64,000 nucleotides of DNA from contig JAQUZE010000004.1 of assembly GCA_028691515.1 (NCBI GenBank), forward strand, positions 26,667-90,666, read 5' to 3'. Shown piece after piece: positions 57,183 to 64,000 of the stretch (position 1 is its first letter; every line of letters begins with the position of its first letter). The notes beneath the pieces were generated by a model, which worked only from the letters and a program-made list of their open reading frames with translations, searched no databases and was not told the origin of the DNA. The position numbers were made by a program, and so were the translations under genes. Source of the DNA: Bacilli bacterium. Its GTDB lineage: Bacteria > Bacillota_I > Bacilli_A > ML615J-28 > CAG-698.

Positions 57183-57210
57183 AAAAAGAACAGTTTCTGT
57201 TCTTTTTTTA
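57183..57210 (+). terminator. Rho-independent terminator after gap
   Basis: The hairpin is AAAGAACAG-ttt-CTGTTCTTT, followed by TTTTT. Confidence 0.8.
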
Positions 57211-57416
57211 TGGTTTATGGTTCAAAGGCTTTAAATCATACTCTAAAATGACTCTTAATGTATTTTTACTATTAATACTTATAATTAAGCAGTCTAGTAT
57301 AAAGTTGATTAAAATTAAAAATGACGGCTTTACTTGTTTATTTAATTTAAAATATAAAAAATATTTATTTTATTTTGTTATTAATAAAGGGTGAAATTTG
57401 TTATAATATAAAAAAG

Positions 57417-58760
57417 ATGGATGGTAATATGAAAATAAATGAAAAATTTAATGTTTTATGTGTTGATTTAACACATGATGGTTTGGGAGTATGTAAAATA
57501 GATAATTTTAGCATTTTTGTAAAATATTTATTACCTAATGAAGAAGCTCTGATAAAAATAACAAAAATAAATAAAAGTTTTGGTTTTGGAGAAATAATTA
57601 ATATTTATAAAGAATCTGTAAACAGAATAGAGCCAATTTGCAAACATTATTATGAGTGTGGTGGTTGTGATTTATTACATGTGAATTATAAATATCAATT
57701 AGAGTTCAAAAAGAAAATGGCAGAAGAGTCTTTTAAAAGATTAGGAAATCTAGATTTAAAAGTAGATAATATTTATGGAATGAATGAACCTTTGTTTTAT
57801 CGCAATAAAGTTCAAGTATTTTTTGATATGAATGATAAATTAATTAGTGGTTTTTATCAAAGTAAAACACATAAGGTTTTTTCGTTAGAGGAGTGTTTTA
57901 TTCAAACAGATACTGCAAGTATGATTGTGAAAGATTTTACACGACTTGCAAATAAATATAATTTAACAAGTTATGATGAAACACTAAAAAAAGGAATTCT
58001 AAGATCAATGTTAATTAGAAGTAATAGTGCTTGTGAATATATTATTGTAATTATTGTTAGACATGATATTGAAGTAGCTTTGAAAAATATTGCTGAAGAA
58101 CTAAAAAGATTGTATCCAAATATAATTCAGTTTATTATGAATTTAAATTATAAAGAAACTAATACAATATTAGGTAAAAAAGATAAAATAATATTTTATA
58201 ACAAAATGTTATATGAAGTAGTTAATAATATTAAATATGTTATTGATTATAAATCGTTTTTTCAAATCAATTATGTACAAATGGTTAAGTTATTTAATAA
58301 AGTTAAAGATTATATTACTATTTATGATAAAACTGTAGTTGATGGATATTGTGGTGTAGGAGCTATTTCTTTACAAGTTGCAAATAAAGTCAATAAGGTT
58401 TTTGGAATTGAAATTGTAGAAGAAGCTATTACAAATGCTAATTTAAACAAAGAAATAAATAACATTAAAAATATTGATTTTATATTGGGTAAAACAGAGA
58501 AACAGTTAAAGGCAATTAAAAATATTGATTGTATTATTGTTGATCCACCAAGAAAAGGTTTAGATATTGAATTAGTTAATTCGATAGTAGATAAAAAAAT
58601 TAATAAAATAATTTATGTGTCTTGTAATGTTGCAACTCTTGCTAGAGATTTAGCTGTTTTCAATAAAAATTATAATATTATTGAGGTTAATGCTTTTGAT
58701 CTTTTTCCACATACTAAAGGATTGGAAATGTGTTGTTTATTAACATTGAAAAATGAGTAA
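57417..58760 (+). CDS. rlmD: 23S rRNA (uracil-5-)-methyltransferase RlmD/RumA-type (TRAM + 4Fe-4S + SAM MTase)
   Basis: A TRAM-like N-terminus is present. The cluster motif CKHYYECGGCDLLH is present. The C-terminal motif DPPRKG is present. The six-frame ORF starts at 57375, but the promoter-like TTGTTATAAT at 57399-57408 places the start at the ATG at 57417 or 57429. Confidence 0.8.
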   Translation: MDGNMKINEKFNVLCVDLTHDGLGVCKIDNFSIFVKYLLPNEEALIKITKINKSFGFGEIINIYKESVNRIEPICKHYYECGGCDLLHVNYKYQLEFKKKMAEESFKRLGNLDLKVDNIYGMNEPLFYRNKVQVFFDMNDKLISGFYQSKTHKVFSLEECFIQTDTASMIVKDFTRLANKYNLTSYDETLKKGILRSMLIRSNSACEYIIVIIVRHDIEVALKNIAEELKRLYPNIIQFIMNLNYKETNTILGKKDKIIFYNKMLYEVVNNIKYVIDYKSFFQINYVQMVKLFNKVKDYITIYDKTVVDGYCGVGAISLQVANKVNKVFGIEIVEEAITNANLNKEINNIKNIDFILGKTEKQLKAIKNIDCIIVDPPRKGLDIELVNSIVDKKINKIIYVSCNVATLARDLAVFNKNYNIIEVNAFDLFPHTKGLEMCCLLTLKNE

Positions 58761-59040
58761 AGTTAACTGACGTATTTATTAATTATTAGGGTGAGTTGAT
58801 AAATTTTTTAGAAATATTTTATATACAATAAAATATTATTAATTAATAAGAAAAATATTGGATTAAATTGTTTTGTTATAGCTTCAATGTTTGAAATTTT
58901 AATAATTATTTTTTCTTAATTTTCTAATAATAAATTTTTGAAATTAGTATAGATGTCTCTAATGAATATAAAAAGTGTAGTTGATTAAAAGTTTTATTTT
59001 TGTTATAATATAAATGTTTTGAAAAATAGGAGGTATTTAG

Positions 59041-60294
59041 ATGAAAGTATTAAAAGGGGCATGTCTTTTTGGTCAATCAGGAGGACCTACTTCAGTTATT
59101 AATGCTAGTGCTGCGGGAGTATTTATCGAAGCATTATCACAAGAAAATATTACTGCTGTATATGGTGCAGAACATGGAATTAAAGGAATTTTAAATGAAA
59201 GATTTTTTGATATAAGTAGAGAAGATAGAGAAGAATTAGAATTATTGAAAACTACTCCATCATCTTCATTGGGGTCAGTCAGATATAAATTAAAATCTGA
59301 AGATGTAGATGAAACTGATTACATTAAATTATTAGAAGTGTTTAAAAAGTATAATATTCGTTATTTCTTTTATAATGGTGGAAATGACTCTATGGACACT
59401 TGTAATAAAATTAGTAAATATATGCAAAAATCAGGTCATGAATGTAGAGTAATTGGAGTTCCTAAAACTATTGATAATGACTTAGCGATTACTGATCACT
59501 GTCCAGGTTATGGTAGTGCTGCAAAATATGTTGCTACAACTTTGATGGAACTTTATTTAGATACTCATGTTTATGATACAGGATTAATTACTGTTGTGGA
59601 AATTATGGGAAGAAATGCAGGATGGTTAACAGCAGCATCACAACTTGCAAAATATAAGAATCTAGGTCCAGATTTAGTTTATTTGCCAGAAAAAGCTTTT
59701 GATTTGGATCAATTTATTAAAGATGTAAAAAGAGTTGCTAAAATGAAGAAAGATAAAGTGATTATTGCTGTAAGTGAAGGAATAAAAGATAAATCTGGAA
59801 AATATATTTCTGAATACGCATCAACAGTTACTAGGGATTCTTTTGGACATGCACAATTGGGAGGACTTGCTAATTTTCTTGCTAATGAAATAAATAGAGC
59901 TACAAATATAAAAGTAAGACCAATTGAATTTTCTCTTATGCAAAGATGCGGAGCACATTTAGCAAGTGCAACTGATGTAGAAGAAGCTTTTATGGCTGGT
60001 GTTATGGCTGTTAGAAGTGCAATTAATGGTGAAACTGACAAAATGGTTATTTTTAGAAGAGATGAAAAATCGAATAAATATAAAATTAATTATGATTTAA
60101 TTGATGTTAATTTAGTTGCTAATGCTGAAAAGAAAGTTCCACTTGAATGGATTAAAGATGATAATTCTGGTTTAACTCAAGAGTTTGTCGATTATGCATT
60201 ACCATTAATTCAAGGAGATTTTAAAGCTCCTTTGGTTGATGGACTACCAAGATTTGTTAAATTAAAAAAAGAATTAGTTACAATTAAACAATAA
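59041..60294 (+). CDS. 6-phosphofructokinase, PfkA family (likely PPi-dependent type)
   Basis: The motif GGPTSVINASAAGV is present. The motif NGGNDSMD is present. The motif PKTIDNDL is present. The motif MGRNAGWL is present. Length is 417 aa. Confidence 0.8.
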   Translation: MKVLKGACLFGQSGGPTSVINASAAGVFIEALSQENITAVYGAEHGIKGILNERFFDISREDREELELLKTTPSSSLGSVRYKLKSEDVDETDYIKLLEVFKKYNIRYFFYNGGNDSMDTCNKISKYMQKSGHECRVIGVPKTIDNDLAITDHCPGYGSAAKYVATTLMELYLDTHVYDTGLITVVEIMGRNAGWLTAASQLAKYKNLGPDLVYLPEKAFDLDQFIKDVKRVAKMKKDKVIIAVSEGIKDKSGKYISEYASTVTRDSFGHAQLGGLANFLANEINRATNIKVRPIEFSLMQRCGAHLASATDVEEAFMAGVMAVRSAINGETDKMVIFRRDEKSNKYKINYDLIDVNLVANAEKKVPLEWIKDDNSGLTQEFVDYALPLIQGDFKAPLVDGLPRFVKLKKELVTIKQ

Positions 60295-60309
60295 TTATTT
60301 TCAATAAAT

Positions 60310-60344
60310 ATATACAAATTGATGTTTGTATATATTTTTTTTTA
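60310..60344 (+). terminator. Rho-independent terminator after pfk
   Basis: The hairpin is ATATACAAA-ttgatg-TTTGTATAT, followed by a 10-nt T-run. Confidence 0.7.
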
Positions 60345-60375
60345 TGTTATAATTTATTAATAGAGGTATAGTAAT

Positions 60376-61908
60376 ATGATGTTTTTTAAAAAGTTTTTAA
60401 AACTTATTTTAAATAAATGGTTTATTTTTGCACTTCTTATTCTAATACAATTAGTAGGATTATCTTATTTAATATATGATAAACTTTACGAGCAATTTAA
60501 TGTATTTTATTTAATACTTTTTGCCTCAGTTTTATCTGCATTTGCAGTATTATCCATTATTAGAAGAGAATATAATCCAGCATATAAAATATCTTGGATT
60601 ATATTGGTTTCTTTTTTGCCAGTTATTGGCCCATTGTTTTATTTATTATATGGAAAAATGTCAGTAAGCTATTTTTTAAAAAAAGCCAGTTATAAAAGTT
60701 CTCATGATATATATGCATATTTACATGATTTTGAAAGGGAAATTGAGATAAATAATCCAAATTTCAAGAAAATGTCAAAATATATTACAAAAATAACGGG
60801 AATGCCTGTTTGGGATAAAACATCTACAGTCATTTATAATCGTGGTATTGATATATTTGAAGCAATTAAAATTTCATTGAAAGAAGCTAAAAAATTTATT
60901 TTTATTGAAATTTTTATTATTGCTGAAGGAAGAATGTTAAATGAAATAACAGAAATACTTATTGAAAAAGCAAAAGAAGGAATAGATGTTAGATTTATTT
61001 ATGATGACTTTGGAGGATCTGCTAGAATTCCTTCTCGCTATAAAAAAAGATTGAGTAAAAATGGTATAAAAATCAAAACTTTTAATCCTTTATTACCGAG
61101 AATGAGTTCATCAATCAATTATAGAGATCATCGAAAAATTATTGTTATTGATGGAAATATAGCTTTTACTGGAGGTATTAATTTTGCTGATGAATATATA
61201 AATGAAAATATTAGATTTGGCATTTGGAAGGATGGAGGAATTAGATTAATAGGACATGGAGTCTTTAACTTTACAATGATGTTTCTTAATATGTGGGAAA
61301 TACTTAATCGGACTACTGATAGTTATGAAAAATATATTCCTACTATTTCAAAAGAAACTGATGGTTTTGTACTTCCTTTTCCTGATGGCCCATTAGATGG
61401 AAATCAAACAACTGGAAATGTTTATTTAAAAATAATTAGTTCTGCCACTAAGTATGTGTATATTACTACTCCTTATCTTATACTAGATAATGAATTATTA
61501 GTTGGATTAAAAATTGCTGCTATGAGTGGTGTTGATGTTAGAATTATTACTCCTAACATTCCTGATAAACGTGTAGTGTTTATTGTTACCAAATCTTATT
61601 ATCGAGAATTAATCAATGCTGGAGTAAAAATATATCAATATACACCAGGATTTATACATACAAAATCAATTATTTCAGATGACGTTTTAGGTATTGTTGG
61701 AACAGCAAATTTTGATTTTAGAAGCTTGTATTTACATTTTGAAGACTCGTGTCTTTTATATAAAAATTCTTCTTTAATTAATTTAAGAAATGATTTCTTA
61801 GAAACGGTTGCAATATCTAAAAAAATAGAAAAAGAAGATTTAAAAAAAGAAGGAATTATTAAAAAATTTGTTTTAGCGATATTAAAAGTTTTTTCACCGC
61901 TGATGTAA
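60376..61908 (+). CDS. cls: cardiolipin synthase
   Basis: N-terminal TM helices are present. Two HKD motifs are present (HRKIIVIDG and HTKSIISDD). Length is 510 aa. Confidence 0.9.
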   Translation: MMFFKKFLKLILNKWFIFALLILIQLVGLSYLIYDKLYEQFNVFYLILFASVLSAFAVLSIIRREYNPAYKISWIILVSFLPVIGPLFYLLYGKMSVSYFLKKASYKSSHDIYAYLHDFEREIEINNPNFKKMSKYITKITGMPVWDKTSTVIYNRGIDIFEAIKISLKEAKKFIFIEIFIIAEGRMLNEITEILIEKAKEGIDVRFIYDDFGGSARIPSRYKKRLSKNGIKIKTFNPLLPRMSSSINYRDHRKIIVIDGNIAFTGGINFADEYINENIRFGIWKDGGIRLIGHGVFNFTMMFLNMWEILNRTTDSYEKYIPTISKETDGFVLPFPDGPLDGNQTTGNVYLKIISSATKYVYITTPYLILDNELLVGLKIAAMSGVDVRIITPNIPDKRVVFIVTKSYYRELINAGVKIYQYTPGFIHTKSIISDDVLGIVGTANFDFRSLYLHFEDSCLLYKNSSLINLRNDFLETVAISKKIEKEDLKKEGIIKKFVLAILKVFSPLM

Positions 61909-61925
61909 ATAGAAAGAAGGAGAAT

Positions 61926-63878
61926 ATGAATATTTTGAAAAAATTTTATTTATTAATGATTTTTTTATTATTGTTAATGGCTAGTTCATTAGTTAAGTTA
62001 AGTGCAATAGATACATATTATGATGATACTGAAACCGCGGGGTATCAACAAATTGAAAATGTTGATACAAGATCATTTTATAATGGCATTTTATATCAAA
62101 AAAATTTAGGAAATATTATTACTAGTTCTGCAATTAACCAGGTATCATATGCTATGCTATCAGGTAATCCTAATGATGATACAAAAGTTGTTTCTTATGC
62201 TTATCATTCAACTAATGATGCATTTCAACGAGCAAGTTTAAGTACAATAGCTTTAGATTATGAAGCAAAACATCCTGGATGGAAAGTAATGGGAATAACT
62301 AATGGTGATCAATTTACTTTAGGGAGAGGAAATAATCTTAATTCTGAAGGTAAAGATCCATATATTTATCAACCGTATTATCCATATATTGCTGATAATG
62401 AAAAATATTTTAGTATTAGAGCTACGGGTGGTGGAGGATCATTTGTTGGTATAAAAAATGAAGGTAATGATCCTTTAGTTCAAGTTAGTGCTAATTTAGA
62501 TCAAATATCTGGATTGAAATTAACTATTTTTGATGAATTAGGAAACGAAATTACTAAATTTGATGTTGATAATTTAAATACAGATCCTGGAAATGGGGAA
62601 ATAGCTATTTTTTCACCGTATTATACTGATATAATTGGTACTATACCAAATGTTACTGCAAGTGGTGATAATGTATTTTTTGTTGGAAATTCTAAACTTG
62701 CATATGTAAGTAATTCTAAAGAGTATTCAGAAATATTTAAGGGTACTCCAAAAGAAAATCAAGCAGTTGATGCATTTTATGGCAAAGGAAATATAAGTGA
62801 AGTCGGTACTAATTTTTCAGTTTCTAAAGGGCAATTTGCAATTATTTCTAATAATATTGAATTAAATAATGCTTTAAGTATTGGAACTTTAGTAAGGGCA
62901 CAATATGAGTATATTAATGATGAATATAATAATTTAGAATCAGGAATGGGTTTTCATACTGTTCAAAGAGATAATGGAGTGGATAGAGCTGTTTCAGGTG
63001 CTTATAATATTAATAAAAGGCCAAGATCTTTAATTGGCAGAAAACTTGATGGTACCATTAGTTTAATTGTTATTGATGACTATTTAAAAACATATGGGAC
63101 TACAGGATATGGAATTAATGCAATATTAAAAAAGGAAGGTATTGTTGAGGCATATCAAATGGATGGTGGCGGAAGCGCCCAAATGTATATTAGAGAAAAT
63201 GATGGTTTTATTCCTGTAACTCAATCAGCTGATTATTCAACGCCTACTCAACAAAGAATTGTATTAAATGCTTTGTTATTTGTTGTAAGAACTGAAGAAA
63301 TTTCTCATAAATGGATTTCTTCGGATTTAAGAGAAATTAAATTAAAAGTTGATTTAGTTGAAAGTTATGGAAAAGATATTCAAAAACTATATGTATATAT
63401 CAATAACAATTATTTTTTAGTTGATGAGGAAGGATATTGCAATATTAATAATCTTGCTGTTGGAACTGAATTTGAATATGATATATATTCTGAAAATAGT
63501 TTTGGAGAAAAGAGCAAAACAATATATTCAGGGGTTGCAAGTAGCGCTAAACCTGAACCAGAGCTTATGGGTTTTACATATGAATTTATTGATGATAAGA
63601 TTTCGTTTACTGTAAATATTAAAGATTCAAAAGATGCAATTATTGGTGAAAAAATGAATGTAAGTGGGAAATCTGCTACAAAAATAAATGGTAAGTATAC
63701 ATTTCCGTTAAGTTATTTAAATTCTGTTCCAATTATTGTTTGTAATTATAATTTGAATGATGGTCAAGGAGTAAAACAAATTAATTTTTATTGTTTTGGT
63801 CAAATTAATTCACTTATGGCAGCTGATTCTATAATATTACAGCAACAAATTCTTATTAATAGTATTTATAAAAACTAA
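61926..63878 (+). CDS. secreted phosphodiester glycosidase (NAGPA-domain) family protein with C-terminal beta-rich domains
   Basis: The signal peptide is MNILKKFYLLMIFLLLLMASSLVKLSA. The core motif is GRKLDGTISLIVIDDYLKTYGTTGYGINAILKKEGIVEAYQMDGGGSAQM. Length is 650 aa. Confidence 0.6.
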   Translation: MNILKKFYLLMIFLLLLMASSLVKLSAIDTYYDDTETAGYQQIENVDTRSFYNGILYQKNLGNIITSSAINQVSYAMLSGNPNDDTKVVSYAYHSTNDAFQRASLSTIALDYEAKHPGWKVMGITNGDQFTLGRGNNLNSEGKDPYIYQPYYPYIADNEKYFSIRATGGGGSFVGIKNEGNDPLVQVSANLDQISGLKLTIFDELGNEITKFDVDNLNTDPGNGEIAIFSPYYTDIIGTIPNVTASGDNVFFVGNSKLAYVSNSKEYSEIFKGTPKENQAVDAFYGKGNISEVGTNFSVSKGQFAIISNNIELNNALSIGTLVRAQYEYINDEYNNLESGMGFHTVQRDNGVDRAVSGAYNINKRPRSLIGRKLDGTISLIVIDDYLKTYGTTGYGINAILKKEGIVEAYQMDGGGSAQMYIRENDGFIPVTQSADYSTPTQQRIVLNALLFVVRTEEISHKWISSDLREIKLKVDLVESYGKDIQKLYVYINNNYFLVDEEGYCNINNLAVGTEFEYDIYSENSFGEKSKTIYSGVASSAKPEPELMGFTYEFIDDKISFTVNIKDSKDAIIGEKMNVSGKSATKINGKYTFPLSYLNSVPIIVCNYNLNDGQGVKQINFYCFGQINSLMAADSIILQQQILINSIYKN

Positions 63879-63900
63879 CCAATTGGTTAGTTTTTATTTA
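63871..63900 (+). terminator. Rho-independent terminator
   Basis: The palindrome is AAACTAACCAA/TTGGTTAGTTT, followed by TTTTATTT. Confidence 0.6.
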
Positions 63901-63956
63901 TAATTTTTGTCTTTAATGATATAATAATAGTAGGTAATAATTAGAGGAGGATAAAA

Positions 63957-64000
63957 ATGAAAAGAAATTTATTGTTAATATTTGGTGTTTTTGTATTGAT
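63957..64000 (+). CDS. 5' fragment of a secreted/membrane protein (signal-peptide-like MKRNLLLIFGVFVL...)
   Basis: An RBS GGAGGA is present. The ATG is at 63957. A hydrophobic N-terminus follows. The rest lies outside the window. Confidence 0.4.
   Translation, partial: MKRNLLLIFGVFVL

Noticed and set aside
1-64000. CRISPR arrays, rRNA operons, IS elements/transposases, prophage genes
   Set aside because: No regularly spaced short direct repeats, no rRNA-like conserved stretches and no transposase or integrase-like ORFs were seen on either strand. The only tandem repeats are the coding 273-bp units.

Overview
This is a 64-kb chromosomal segment from a visibly AT-rich, low-GC Firmicutes/Mollicutes-type bacterium. 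The standard genetic code appears to be in use: Trp is TGG, several ORFs end in TGA, and ORFs of up to 2476 codons are intact. Gene order resembles Bacillus subtilis (recG–plsX–rnc, dnaD-like–nth, gmk–rpoZ, priA–fmt). A PPi-type phosphofructokinase suggests an Acholeplasma-like or related lineage, but that is an inference, not a demonstrated result. The window is mostly housekeeping genes. These include plsX, rnc, nth, rqcH, gmk, rpoZ, priA, fmt, coaD, sdaA, gltX, tldD/pmbA, a DEAD-box helicase, metK, argS, polC, aroQ, gap, rlmD, pfk and cls. Many Rho-independent terminators are recognisable. The accessory content comprises four loci. First, two tRNA genes (Arg-UCG and Glu-CUC as I read the anticodon loops) sit next to a two-gene module inserted between two M42 aminopeptidase paralogs. 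The module is an RQC/HRDC–UvrD-like SF1 helicase with a nuclease-like insertion and C-terminal topoisomerase-type zinc ribbons, followed by a coiled-coil protein with a C-terminal PD-(D/E)xK-like motif. I consider this the best candidate for an undescribed, defence-like system. Second, a 1681-aa CvpA-fused membrane protein carries near-perfect 273-bp tandem repeats and lies downstream of an ABC half-transporter whose nucleotide-binding domain is fully degenerate. Third, a 2476-aa lipoprotein is built from Big_2 domains, right-handed beta-helix regions and a C-terminal lamin-tail domain. Fourth, a roughly 200-nt structured sRNA candidate with its own promoter and terminator lies upstream of argS. 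In addition, the PriA homolog has lost the Walker A, DEEH and arginine-finger motifs but keeps its zinc-binding region. No CRISPR arrays, rRNA genes, transposases or integrases were seen.
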